64,000 nucleotides of DNA, taken from assembly GCA_965242525.1 (NCBI GenBank), contig OZ251459.1, positions 992,001 to 1,056,000 of the forward strand, given 5' to 3'. Origin of the DNA: an uncultured Candidatus Binatia bacterium. Its GTDB lineage: Bacteria > Desulfobacterota > Binatia > UBA9968 > JAJDTQ01. This document shows, piece by piece, positions 39,921 through 51,978 of this stretch. The notes below the pieces were generated by a model, which was given only the letters and a program-made list of their open reading frames with translations, did not search any database and was not told where the DNA came from. A program made the position numbers and the translations under genes. How positions within the stretch are numbered: position 1 is the first letter of the stretch; each line of letters begins with the position of its first letter.

Positions 39921-41778
39921 CCCAGATTCACCACCAAAAAGGGAGCACCTCGTTGGCGCCCGCAGTGGGGCGGGCTAAGATGGAGTTGAAAGAGAGAAGA
40001 ACCATCACCAACGAGGTGCAAGTATTATGCGGCAAGGACTGTTGGGAATCCAGTACCGGGAAGAGAAAAAGGGGTCGGGGACGACAGGGTTGGCGGGATT
40101 GGGGATGTACGTGGAGATGGCAGAGGGGATGGGTTTGGGGAGGATGGTGGACGAGTATGTGGGAATGCGAGCGGGGGGACAGGGTTGGCGAGACAGCGAC
40201 ATGGTGTTGTGGTTGATGCTGCTGAACCTGGTGGGGGGAGAGTCGGTGAGCGATGTGGAGAGGTTGGAGGGAGACGAGGGGTTGAGGCGAGTGATGGAGG
40301 AGGCGGCGGTGTACGGGATGGGGAGGCGGGAGCGGCAGGAGGTGGGGAAGCGGTGGCGGGTGAAGCGAGAACGAGTGGGGCCTTCGGTGTCGGCGTTGTT
40401 CCGTTATCCGGGAGGGTTCCACGAGGAGGAGGAAGAAGGGAAGCGGGAGGAGCACAAGGCATTCCTGCCGAGGGAGAACAAGTGGTTGCGGGGGTTGTGG
40501 AAGGTGAACGCGGGGATGATCGAGTTTGCGAACCGGCATGGGGGTGAGCAGGTAGCGACGCTGGACATGGATGCGAGCGTGGTGGAGACGCAGAAGCGAG
40601 AGGCGCAGTACAGCTACCGGAAGCGGAAGGCGTACCAGCCATTGACGACGTGGTGGCACGAGGCGGACATGGTGTTGCATTCGGAGTTTCGGGACGGGAA
40701 CGTGCCGGCGGGGTATCAGCAGTTGCGGGTGATGCGGGAGGCCATGGGGTATTTGCCGGAGGGTGTGGAGGAGGTACGGCTACGGTCGGACACTGCGGGG
40801 TATCAGCAGGAGTTGCTGAAGTACTGCGCGGAGGGGAGAGACGAGCGGTTCGGGGTGATCGAGTTTGCGGTGGGAGTGGACGTGACGGTGGAGTTCCGGC
40901 GTGCAGTGGTTCGGGTTCCGGAGGAACAGTGGCAACCGGTGGTTCGAGGGAACGGAGAGGAAGGGAGACAGGAGTGGGCGTAGGTGAACTTCGTGCCGAA
41001 CTGGGTAGCGCAGGGGAAGAAGGAAGCAGTGTACCGGTTCCTGGCCATCCGGGAGAGGATGGTGCAGGCGCCGTTGCCGGGCATGGGAGATCAATGGGAG
41101 CTCCCGTTTCCGGCCATGGAGATGGGCAGTCGGGGATGGTACAAGGTGTTCGGGTTGGTGACCAACCGGGAACTTCCCGGAGAAGAGGTCATCGCATGGT
41201 CTCGGCAGCGGTGCGGCAAGGGGGAGGAAGTTCACAGCGTTCTGAAGCGAGACTTGGCCGGGGGACGGCTTCCGTCGGGGAAGTTCGGAGGGAACGCGGC
41301 CTGGTGGGCGATTGCAGTGCTGGCCTTCAACCTGAACTCGATCATGAAGTGGCTGGTGTGGGGTGGGACGTGGCGCCACAAGCGGCTGAAGGCCATCCGG
41401 TTCGGCCTCGTGGCGCTGGAGGGTCGGGTGGTGCGGCACGCTCGCCGGTGGATATTCTGCCTGGCCCGAGGACATCCCTCGTACCCGGTGCTGCTGCGGG
41501 CCCGGGAGAGGATACGGGAACTGGCCGCCACACCCTCTCTCGCATAGCCCTCACCGAGCCTGTTCTCGCTGGTGGAAGGCGACTCCGCAGAGTCGCAAGG
41601 GCCAGGGCTTGCCCCGCACAGCACCCGTTCGCCTGAAAATCGGGCCAAACGCCAGTAACCAGCCCGTCTGTCCTCACCCGACAACCCACTCCTGCCCTGT
41701 CACACCCTGCAACACCACCTTCCTGTCCCGTTTGCCCCTGCCTACCAACCCCCACTTGGATTAGGTGGTGGATTTGGG
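39921..41778 (+). mobile_element. IS1380-family insertion sequence (1858 bp), 4-bp TSD CCAA
   Basis: IRL CCCAGATTCACCACC; IRR reverse complement CCCAAATCCACCACC; CCAA at 39917-39920 and 41779-41782. Confidence 0.9.
40027..41547 (+). pseudogene. IS1380-family DDE transposase with an internal TAG at 40981-40983
   Basis: TLDMDAS, AYQPL, EFRDGNVPA, RSDTAGY, EEVHSVLK and NAAWW; EWA*VNFVP continues in frame. Confidence 0.88.
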
Positions 41779-43957
41779 CCAACGTCCCCCCTGGGAACGC
41801 GGGCATCCCGCCCGCTTCCTTCCACTGGCGCGAAGCGGTTTGGCACCTGCGCGCGCCGGTGCTCCGAGCGTTGTTCCAGCAACTATCCGACCCCGGCCGC
41901 CTGCAACCGCTGGGTCTCGTCGAAGTCCTGGACTGGACCGCGGCGGCGCTGGATCGGGTGGACCACGCGACCTTCTTCGCCCGCTTCCACGAGGGCGAAG
42001 CCGTGCCCTACTTCTACGAACCCTTCCTCGAAGCCTTCGACCCCGAACTGCGCAAGCAACTGGGGGTCTGGTACACCCCTTCCGAAGTGGTGCGCTACAT
42101 GGTGGCGCGGGTGGACCGGGCCCTGAAGGACGACCTAGGCATCCCGGAGGGGCTGGCTGCGGAGAACGTCTATGTGCTGGACCCGTGCTGCGGCACCGGG
42201 GCTTACTTGGCGGAAGTGCTGCGCCGCATCGCAGCCAACCTGGAAGGGAGCGGCCTGGGGGCGCTGTCCGGGGCGCGGGTGAAGCAGGCGGCCACCGAGC
42301 GGGTGTTCGGCTTCAAGATCATGCCCGCTCCCTTCGTGGTGGCTCACCTGCAAGTGGGACTGACCATGCAGGACCTGGACGCGCCGCTGAAGGACGACGG
42401 AGCGGAACGGCCCGGCGTCTTCCTCACCAACGCCTTGACCGGCTGGGAGCCGCACACCACCAAGCCCTTGCCCTTCCCAGAATTGGAGGAGGAGCGGGAC
42501 CGGGCCGAGCGGGTGAAGCAGGAGACGCCCATCCTGGTGATCCTGGGCAACCCGCCCTACAACGGCTTTGCCGGCATGGCGGTGGACGAGGAGCGGGAAC
42601 TCTCGGAGTCCTACCGAAGGACGAAGCGGGTGCGGAGACCGGAAGGGCAGGGACTGAACGACCTGTACGTGCGCTTCTTCCGCATGGCGGAACGGCGCAT
42701 TGCGGAGAAGACCGGTCGGGGCGTGGTCTGCTTCATCTCCAACTACTCGTGGCTGGACGGTCTGTCGTTCACGGGGATGCGGGAACGGTACCTGGAAGCC
42801 TTCGACGCGGTGCGCATCGACAACCTGCATGGCGACCGCATCGTCTCGGAGTACGCTCCCGACGGACGGACCAGCGAAACGGTGTTTGCCCTGCAAGGAC
42901 AATCACCGGGGATCAAGGTCGGAGCCAGCATCGCATTGTTGTCGAGGTCGGGAACCGGCGCGTCAGCGAGGGGACGCATCCTGTACCGGGATTTCCATCA
43001 GGCGCGTGCTGCGGAAAGACGGCAAGCGATGTTGGAGAGCCTTGACGCTCCCGACATGGATTCCGGTTATTCGACGCTGGAACCCGCGCTTCGCCTCGGT
43101 TTGCCGTTCAAGCCGATGGCGGTCAGCGAGGATTGGTTCGACTGGCCATCCCTCCCCGACCTGTTCCCGGTGTCGTTCCCGGGGGTCAAGACCAGCCGGG
43201 ACCCATTCCTCGTCGATGTGGAACTCGACCTGTTGAAAGCGCGGGTCGGGGACTATTTCGATCCGGCTCTCCGCCATGAAGAGATCACGCGGCGGTATCC
43301 ATCTGTCATGAAGGATACCGCACGGTTCGATGCACGAGCAGTGCGAGACGCTTTGCTCTCACGGGGCGGCCCGAATGAAGACGGCTTCGTTCGTCATGCC
43401 TACCGCCCGTTCGACAACCGGTGGCTGTATTGGGAGGCGGATACCAAACTGCTCGACGAGAAGCGCGCTGACTATAGACCGCACGTGTTCGAAGGGAACC
43501 TGTGGCTCTCCACCGCTCAGCATCTACGAAAGGATGCGTCGGAACCTCAGGCCTGCTTCACGGAACATCTCGCATCCCTGCATTTATCGAGCGGGGCGCC
43601 ATGATGTTTCCTGCTTGGCTCCGCGACGAGAACATCGGGATTGAGGAAGACGGCCCCCGAAACCCCGAAACGTGGCCGCTCGCTCCCGCTGCGCGCAGTA
43701 TCGGAAGCGACACCGGCGACCCCCGCAATCGCCCCAACCTCTCGGCCGCCGCCCGGCGCTACCTGGACCGCTTCGGCTTGAGCGTCGAGGACCTGTTCCA
43801 CCACGTCCTGGCTACCTTGCACGATCCCGCCTACCGGGAAGCCAACGCCGGGGCGCTGCGCATGGAGTGGCCGCGCATCCCGCTTCCCGGCTGGCCTGCC
43901 CCCGGGACCGCAAGGGTCTCCTCGGCTTCCACTCGCTCTGCCTTACCCCCCCACCCC

Positions 43958-44063
43958 TGCGGGCGGGACGCCCGCGCTCCCAGGGGGGTCCCTCGCTTAT
44001 GAGGGCCATGAGCCAGCCGTGGATAGCGCCTTTCCCGGGAATGCGGGCGTCCCGCCCGCATTC
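43958..44063. repeat. Pair of REP-like palindromes (family D; third copy at 41791-41815)
   Basis: TGCGGGCGGGACGCCCGCGCTCCCAG and GGGAATGCGGGCGTCCCGCCCGCA in opposite orientations. Confidence 0.7.
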
Positions 44064-44861
44064 GAACGAGGTCTCGCATCCCCCAACAACCACGCGGCGG
44101 ACGCCCTCGCCCGATCGGCCGCCCGGGGCCGCCAACTCGCGGCCCTGCTCGACCCCGATGAGCCGGTTCCCGGCGTCACCACGGGCGCGTTGCGCCCAGA
44201 GATCGCCGCCATCGCCGTGCCTGCCACCACGGACGGGCGCAACATGACTGGCGACGACTTCGCGCTGACCGCAGGCTGGGGCCACTTCGGAGCGGGCGGC
44301 GCAATCATGCCCGGCCAAGGCCGCACCGTCGAACGCGCCCTTGCACCGGACGAACGCGCCGCCATGGGCGATACCCGCCCCGCCCTCGGCAACACGACGT
44401 TCGACGTATGCCTGAACGACCGCGCCTTCTGGCGCAACGTCCCCGCCCATGTCTGGCTCTACAAGCTCGGAGGCTACCAGATCCTCAAGAAATGGCTTTC
44501 CTACCGCGAACGCGGCATCCTCGACCGCCCGCTGCGCCCAGAGGAAGTCCGGCGCTTCACCGATGCCGCCCGTCGCATCGCCGCGATCCTTGCAGCCACG
44601 GCCTGAACTTCCCGTCACCTATCGGGAAAGGCGGGAAATCCCGGAAGCCAAGCATCGGAAACTCTGGCCAGTGGCGGCATCGAGGGATATGCCTGCACTC
44701 AGTCAAAGCGATGGAGTCAATGGCCGGGTTGGGGGGACCTGTGGACCCTTTGACCACCACTGGATAATGGGTTATCCAGTACTTGTTTGGAGAGACCGAT
44801 GAACGGGCCGTGTCGGTCAAAATCGCCACCTGGACAGGGTGGTGACGTTCCGATCGGTAAA

Positions 44862-44971
44862 GGAAACCCTGAACAATTCCGGCTCGAACTCCCTCTCCCT
44901 GCGGGAAAGAGCGTCCTTCGACTTCGCTTTGCTACGCTCAGGACGAACGGGGATAATCGTTCAGGGTCTCC
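44862..44971 (+). mobile_element. Repeat family A, complete copy
   Basis: GGAAACCCTGAACAATT...core...AATCGTTCAGGGTCTCC. Confidence 0.8.
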
Positions 44972-45003
44972 TGAACTGATTTCGTGCCGTAGATGAGGTC
45001 GTC

Positions 45004-46170
45004 ATGGTTGCAGTCGATTCCTTGCATGTTGGCAAAATGGACGTAGATCAAGAAGGGCAAAACAGCGGCGTCGAACCTGAACCGGAGGATACCGACGGCG
45101 AGATCAAAGGGACCTTCGATCCGGAAAAGATCAAGGTCCGCACGGTCAACGTCGTGGTGGACCAGCTCATGTCGCGCGTCGATCATGGCGAAGTCGATCT
45201 GGCGCCGGATTTTCAGTGTATGGCGGGTATTTGGGACGAGAAAGACCAGAGTCGGCTCATCGAATCGCTCTTGCTGCGCATTCCAATACCTGTTTTCTAC
45301 GTAGCCGCGGACGGAAACGACAAATGGTCCGTCGTCGATGGAATCCGGAGAACCTCAACCATCCACGCCTATGTGAAAGGCTGCTTTCCTCTGACGCGAC
45401 TCGAATACCTGACAAGGCTTGACGGCTTGCGCTACGAAGATCTTCCGCGGCCCTTGCAAAGGCGGATCAGCGAGACCCAGCTCGTCGTGAACATCATCGA
45501 ACCTGGAACACCGAAGGAAATAATGTTCAACATCTTTCGGCGTATCAATACCGGTGGGAAGATGCTCAACGGGCAGGAAATCCGCCATGCACTGCATCCT
45601 GGACCGGTCAGGGATTACCTCAAGGAGATGGCTGGCGCCACGGAGTTCCTGGAAGCCACCGATGGATCGATCAGGACAGACCGCATGGCTGACAGGGAGT
45701 GCGTCCTTCGATTCCTGGCCTTTCACATCAATCCCTGGGATGAGTACGCCGCCAATGACCTAGACGGCTATCTTGGCCGTACCATGGAGAAGGTCAACGC
45801 AATGGGTTCGCCTGAACGAACCCGTGTTTCGGAAGACTTCAGGAAGGCCATGGAAGCGGCATTCCGTATTTTCGGAAACGATGCCTTCAGGAAGCGTTAC
45901 GACCGCACCGGCCACCGCCATCAGATCAGTAAGGCGTTGTTCGAAGCATGGAGCGTCGGATTGGCGCGCCGCTCGGGTAACGAGATCGACGTCCTTGCGG
46001 ATAAGCGGACACAGGTCAAGGAGCGGTTCATTTCGTTGATGAACGAGGATCAGGATTTCGATACAGCGATCTCCTATTCCACGGGCAATCCCGTCCGGGT
46101 CAAAAAGCGCTTTCAGGCCATCGACACACTGATAGAGGAATGCCTCCAATGTTCAGGCGACTCAAACTGA
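45004..46170 (+). CDS. DUF262 (ParB/GmrS-like) domain protein, possibly decaying
   Basis: PDFQ..GIW, SRLIESLLLRIPIPVFY, VVDG..R, IFRRINTGG.MLNGQEIRHA; visibly lower GC than the backbone. Confidence 0.85.
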   Translation: MVAVDSLHVGKMDVDQEGQNSGVEPEPEDTDGEIKGTFDPEKIKVRTVNVVVDQLMSRVDHGEVDLAPDFQCMAGIWDEKDQSRLIESLLLRIPIPVFYVAADGNDKWSVVDGIRRTSTIHAYVKGCFPLTRLEYLTRLDGLRYEDLPRPLQRRISETQLVVNIIEPGTPKEIMFNIFRRINTGGKMLNGQEIRHALHPGPVRDYLKEMAGATEFLEATDGSIRTDRMADRECVLRFLAFHINPWDEYAANDLDGYLGRTMEKVNAMGSPERTRVSEDFRKAMEAAFRIFGNDAFRKRYDRTGHRHQISKALFEAWSVGLARRSGNEIDVLADKRTQVKERFISLMNEDQDFDTAISYSTGNPVRVKKRFQAIDTLIEECLQCSGDSN

Positions 46171-46268
46171 CGAACTTCAAGTGCTTCAAGAACGCGGAGT
46201 TGCGTTTTGCCCCGCTGACCCTGCTATGCGGTCTGAACGGGGATGGATTCCCGCTTTCGCGGGAATGA
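46149..46268 (+). pseudogene. N-terminal remnant of an AAA/ABC ATPase (DUF3696/AAA_21-like)
   Basis: MFRRLKLTNFKCFKNAELRFAPLTLLCGLNG, cut mid Walker A by a family B repeat (DGFPLSRE*). Confidence 0.8.
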
Positions 46269-46362
46269 CGGAGGTGGGCGTGCACGGGAATGACGGGGCA
46301 GGCGTCTGCGGAGCAATGCCGGCGTGACCCCTTTCGATCCCCTTTTCCTCCTGCCTTACCCA
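46243..46362 (-). repeat. dRS3-like family B repeats plus the degenerate right half of a family C element
   Basis: ATGGATTCCCGCTTTCGCGGGAATGACGG...GGGAATGACGG...TGCGGAGCAATG...CCTCCTGCCTT, parallel to 7595-7690. Confidence 0.7.
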
Positions 46363-46384
46363 GGCGAAAGCCGGACGAGTCCCC

Positions 46385-46494
46385 CTGTGAACGCCCGTTG
46401 GGATGGCGGGTCTGTGGCACCATCCTGTTCCCAGACATGGACCGAGCCGAAGCCCCGGCTGTGAACGCCCCTTGGGATGGCGGGTCCGTGGCGC
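46385..46494 (+). repeat. Two 36-bp direct repeats with a 38-bp spacer (CRISPR-like mini unit)
   Basis: CTGTGAACGCCCGTTGGGATGGCGGGTCTGTGGCAC and CTGTGAACGCCCCTTGGGATGGCGGGTCCGTGGCGC (33/36 identical). Confidence 0.6.
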
Positions 46495-46506
46495 GGTGGG
46501 GGCGTG

Positions 46507-46536
46507 TTGACAATTCGGATGCTTTAAGTCTATATT
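46507..46536 (+). promoter_or_regulatory. Sigma70-type promoter of the rrf2-suf operon
   Basis: TTGACA-N18-TATATT in an AT-rich patch. Confidence 0.65.
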
Positions 46537-46677
46537 CAAGCTCCGGTCGATCCGAAGACTTGGGTACGCGGGGGACGCGCCGTCCGCGGCCCCGGCAGAG
46601 GCGAGGCCAACGGGGGATACGGCATGCAGGAATCCGCGCTGGGCGCCGTCCGGGCCACGGCGGACCGAAGCTCGCTG

Positions 46678-47118
46678 ATGAACGTGGGCAGGAGGGTGGA
46701 TTACGCGGTGCGCGCCTTGTCCTACTTGGCGGCCCGGCCTCGGCAGTGGGTCGTGGGGAGCAAGGAGATCGCCGGGCGGCAGGACATCCCGACCCACTTC
46801 ATGTCGAAGATCATGAAGGACCTTGCCGCGGCGGGTCTGGTGCGGTCCCACGTGGGCCGCAAGGGCGGCTTCAGCCTGGCGAGGCATCCCGACGCCATCA
46901 ACCTGAAGGAAGTTTACGAAGCGGTGGAGAAACCCCTGAGCCTGATGGAGTGCCTGGACAGGGAGCACAGTTGCTGCCCCTACGACACCGTGTGCAACCA
47001 GATCTCGGTGTGGGAACGGGCCCAGGGGCTGTTGGCGGAATACCTGTCGGGGATCTCCATCGGCAGCATTGCCGACCGGGAAGGCCTCAAGGGGCGGCTG
47101 ACCGGCCTCGACAGTTGA
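46678..47118 (+). CDS. Rrf2 family regulator (IscR-like; alternative start 46624)
   Basis: [24 protein letters not shown] and the Cys cluster [16 protein letters not shown]. Confidence 0.9.
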   Translation: MNVGRRVDYAVRALSYLAARPRQWVVGSKEIAGRQDIPTHFMSKIMKDLAAAGLVRSHVGRKGGFSLARHPDAINLKEVYEAVEKPLSLMECLDREHSCCPYDTVCNQISVWERAQGLLAEYLSGISIGSIADREGLKGRLTGLDS

Positions 47119-47155
47119 CCTTCCCGTCGGCGCACGCGCGGAGGAACCGGGAACC

Positions 47156-48604
<1,449 letters not shown>

Positions 48605-48620
48605 GGGGCGGGCGCGGACC

Positions 48621-49385
48621 ATGCTCGAAATCCGAAACCTGCAGGCGCGCGTGGACGGCAAGGAGATCCTGCGCGGCATCGACCTGACGGTGGGGGCCGG
48701 CGAAGTGCACGCAGTCATGGGCCCCAACGGCGCGGGCAAGAGCACCCTGGCCCAGGTCCTGGCCGGTCGCGACACCTACCAGGTGACCGGCGGCCAGGTC
48801 CGGTACAAGGGCCGGGACCTGCTCGACATGGCCCCCGAGACCCGGGCGGTCGAAGGCGTGTTCCTGGGCTTCCAGTACCCGGTGGAGATCCCCGGCCTGA
48901 ACAGCCTCTACTTCCTGCGGGCCGCGGTCAACGCGGCGAGGAGCCACCGCGGCGAAGAGGAGTTGGACGCCATGGACTTCATGGCCCTGGCCAGGGAGAA
49001 GATGAAGGCGATGGAGATGGACGAGGACCTGCTTCGACGCCCGGTCAACGCGGGGTTCTCGGGCGGGGAGAAGAAGCGCGCCGAGATATTCCAGATGACC
49101 ATGCTGGAGCCGAGCCTCGCGATCCTGGACGAGACGGATTCCGGCCTGGACATCGACGCCCTCAAGGTGGTGGCCCACGGCATCAACCTCTTCCGCAGCC
49201 CGGAAAGGGCCATCGTCCTCGTCACCCATTACCAACGGCTGCTCGACTACGTGGTCCCGGACGTGGTCCACGTGATCCACAACGGGCGGCTGGTGAAGTC
49301 CGGCGGCAAGGAGCTGGCCCGGGAGCTGGAGGACAGCGGTTATTCGTGGGCGGAGCAGGACGCGGACAGGGGGCCCGCGGCATGA
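48621..49385 (+). CDS. sufC: Fe-S assembly ATPase SufC
   Basis: GPNGAGKS, FQYPVEIPG, FSGGEKKR and DETDSGLD. Confidence 0.97.
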   Translation: MLEIRNLQARVDGKEILRGIDLTVGAGEVHAVMGPNGAGKSTLAQVLAGRDTYQVTGGQVRYKGRDLLDMAPETRAVEGVFLGFQYPVEIPGLNSLYFLRAAVNAARSHRGEEELDAMDFMALAREKMKAMEMDEDLLRRPVNAGFSGGEKKRAEIFQMTMLEPSLAILDETDSGLDIDALKVVAHGINLFRSPERAIVLVTHYQRLLDYVVPDVVHVIHNGRLVKSGGKELARELEDSGYSWAEQDADRGPAA

Positions 49386-50689
49386 CGGACACGGAGCGGC
49401 AGGGCTACGTGGAGGACTTCGAGAAGCTGGCCGCGCGGGCCGCGGCAACCGACGGCGCATGGGTCGCGGACTTGCGCAGCCGCGCCATGGAACGCTTCCG
49501 GTCCCTGGGCTTCCCTTCGACCCGGGAAGAGGAGTGGAAGTACACGAACCTGGACCCGCTTCGGGAGGCCCGCCTGCGGACCGCGGACCCTTCGGCGCCG
49601 GACGGGGCGCCGGACCCGGACCTTCCCGGTCTCCGTAGCTGGGAACGCTACGAGTTGACGTTCCCCCGGGCCAAGGGCGGCGCCGGAACCCCGGTGGCGT
49701 GCGGCGATGACGTCTTCGTGGGGCGTCTGGCGGACGCCATCCACCGCCGGCCGGACTGGCTGGCGTCGCATCTGGGACGCCACGCCGACTACGCGGGCCA
49801 CGCCTTCCGGGCTCTCAACACGGCCTTCCTGGAAGACGGCGGCGCCATCCGGCTGGGTCCCGGCAAGACCCTGGACAAGCCCGTGGAGTTGACCTTCGCG
49901 GCCGTTCCGGGGCGCTCCCGAAACCGGATCCTCCACCCGCGGACCCTGGTGGTGGTGGGTCCCCGTAGCCGGCTCACCCTGGTGGAAACCTACGCCGGGG
50001 CCGGCGACGAAGTGTATTGCACCAACGCCGTCACCGAGGTCGTGCTGGAGGAGGACGCGGCCCTGGACCACTACCGGGTGCAGCGGGAGGGCAGGGCGGC
50101 GTTCCACCTGGCCACGGTCCAGGTGCGCCAGGCGCGGAACAGCCGCTACCGGTCGTGCTCCGTCTCTTCGGGCGGCGCCCTGGCGCGGATCGAGATCAAC
50201 GCGCTGCTCGACGGCGAGGGCGCGGACTGCGAGCTCCACGGCCTCTACGTGGCGGGGGGCCGGCAGCACGTGGACAACCGCACGGCCATCGAGCACGCAA
50301 AGCCCCGCGGGACCAGCCGCGAGCTCTACAAGGGCCTGTTGCACGACCGGGCAAGGGCGGTGTTCAACGGCAAGATCGTGGTGCGCAAGGAGGCGCAGAA
50401 GACCGACGCCCGGCAGTCCAACCGGAACCTCATGTTGTCCCGGGACGCGGAGATCGACAGCAAGCCCCAGTTGGAGATACTCGCCGACGACGTGCGCTGC
50501 TCCCACGGCGCCACCATCGCGCAACTCGAGGAGGACGAGCTGTTCTACCTGCGCTCGCGGGGCCTGGACCGGACCCGGGCGAGGGAGCTGCTGGTCCGGG
50601 GCTTTGCCGGCGAGGTGCTGGACGGCATCGCCATCGATCCCTTGCGGGAAGGGTTGGCCGCGGAGGTATTCTCCGACCTGCGCCTCTGA
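49382..50689 (+). CDS. sufD: Fe-S cluster assembly protein SufD
   Basis: EEWKYT, FNGKI.V, KPQLEI.ADDV.CSHGAT and FYLRSRG. Confidence 0.95.
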   Translation: MTDTERQGYVEDFEKLAARAAATDGAWVADLRSRAMERFRSLGFPSTREEEWKYTNLDPLREARLRTADPSAPDGAPDPDLPGLRSWERYELTFPRAKGGAGTPVACGDDVFVGRLADAIHRRPDWLASHLGRHADYAGHAFRALNTAFLEDGGAIRLGPGKTLDKPVELTFAAVPGRSRNRILHPRTLVVVGPRSRLTLVETYAGAGDEVYCTNAVTEVVLEEDAALDHYRVQREGRAAFHLATVQVRQARNSRYRSCSVSSGGALARIEINALLDGEGADCELHGLYVAGGRQHVDNRTAIEHAKPRGTSRELYKGLLHDRARAVFNGKIVVRKEAQKTDARQSNRNLMLSRDAEIDSKPQLEILADDVRCSHGATIAQLEEDELFYLRSRGLDRTRARELLVRGFAGEVLDGIAIDPLREGLAAEVFSDLRL

Positions 50690-50712
50690 AGACACCGGAA
50701 CCCGGGCATCCC

Positions 50713-51978
50713 ATGCGACCACTCCAGATCCCCGAGCGCGACCGCTCGGACGACCCGTTCGACGTGGCGCGGGTGCGCGAGGACTTCCCCGTCCTCGCGG
50801 AGGAGGTCCACGGGAAACCCCTGGCCTACCTGGACAACGCGGCCACGGCCCAGAAGCCCCAGGCCGTCATCCGGCGTCTCGCCCGGTACTACGAGACCGA
50901 GAACTCCAACATCCACCGCGGGGTGCACCGGTTGAGCGAGCAGGCGACCCGGGCGTACGAAGACGCCCGGGGGACCGTGCGGCGGTTCGTCAACGCCGCG
51001 GAGGACAGGGAGGTCGTCTTCGTCCGGGGCGCCACCGAGGCCATCAACCTCGTGGCCCGCTGCTACGGCGGGGCGCGCCTGCAAGCCGGGGACGAGGTGG
51101 TCATCTCGGCCATGGAGCACCACTCCAACATCGTTCCCTGGCAACTCGTCTGCCGGGAGAAGGGCGCCCGGCTGCGGGTGGTCCCCATCGACGACCGCGG
51201 CGACGTGGTGATGGAGGAATACCATCGACTGCTCGGCCCCAGGACCCGCATGGTGGCCTTGCCCCACGTCTCCAACGCCCTGGGCACGGTGAACCCCGTC
51301 CGGGAGATGATCCGGGCCGCGCACGGAGTCGGCGCGCCGGTGCTCATCGACGGCGCCCAGGGGGCGCCCCACGCGGTCGTGGACGTCCGGGACCTGGACT
51401 GCGACTTCTACGCGTTCTCCGGCCACAAGCTCTACGGCCCCACCGGCGTCGGCGTGCTGTACGGGAAAGCCGACTTGCTGGAGGCCATGCCCCCCTACCA
51501 GGGGGGCGGGGACATGATCCTCTCGGTCAGCTTCGAGAAGACGGAATACAACGTGCTGCCCTACAAGTTCGAAGCCGGCACCCCCCACATCGCAGGGGTC
51601 ATCGGGCTGGGGGCCGCGGTGGAATACCTGGAGGCCCTGGGACTGGACGCGGTGGCGGCCCATGAGGACCGGCTGCTGGCCCATGCGTTGGAACGGCTGG
51701 CCCGGACCCCGGGCGTGCGGTTCGTCGGCACGCCGGAACGGAGGGCGTCCCTGGTCTCGTTCGTGCTCGACGGCGTCCACGCCCACGACGTGGGCACCAT
51801 ACTCGACCAGGAAGGGGTGGCGGTGAGGGCGGGACACCACTGCGCCATGCCGGTCATGGAACGGTACGGCGTGCCCGCCACCGTACGCGCCTCCTTCGCG
51901 TGCTACAACACCGAGACGGAGGTGGACGCATTGGCCGACGGCCTGGAGAAGGCGGGGAGGATATTCCGCGGTGTCTGA
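50713..51978 (+). CDS. sufS: Cysteine desulfurase SufS
   Basis: YLDNAATAQKP, EHHSN, FSGHK and RAGHHCA. Confidence 0.96.
   Translation: MRPLQIPERDRSDDPFDVARVREDFPVLAEEVHGKPLAYLDNAATAQKPQAVIRRLARYYETENSNIHRGVHRLSEQATRAYEDARGTVRRFVNAAEDREVVFVRGATEAINLVARCYGGARLQAGDEVVISAMEHHSNIVPWQLVCREKGARLRVVPIDDRGDVVMEEYHRLLGPRTRMVALPHVSNALGTVNPVREMIRAAHGVGAPVLIDGAQGAPHAVVDVRDLDCDFYAFSGHKLYGPTGVGVLYGKADLLEAMPPYQGGGDMILSVSFEKTEYNVLPYKFEAGTPHIAGVIGLGAAVEYLEALGLDAVAAHEDRLLAHALERLARTPGVRFVGTPERRASLVSFVLDGVHAHDVGTILDQEGVAVRAGHHCAMPVMERYGVPATVRASFACYNTETEVDALADGLEKAGRIFRGV

Larger units (their letters stand above)
39106..44606 (+). pseudogene. Type IIG/ISP-like restriction-modification fusion (nuclease, N6-MTase, specificity domain), IS-interrupted and frameshifted
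   Basis: PDFG...VEVK nuclease motif; WYTP, DPCCGTG and GNPPY; YRPFD, WPRIPLP and GGYQILKKWL. IS at 39921-41778; frameshifts at ~43586 and ~43960-44060. Confidence 0.88.

Noticed and set aside
40981-40983. TAG recoding (pyrrolysine or alternative genetic code)
   Set aside because: TAG ends several housekeeping genes here (carD, mutM, fabZ); a single nonsense mutation is the simpler explanation.
44610-44860. Lower-GC stretch as a gene or remnant
   Set aside because: The short ORFs have no recognisable motif; function cannot be assigned from sequence alone.
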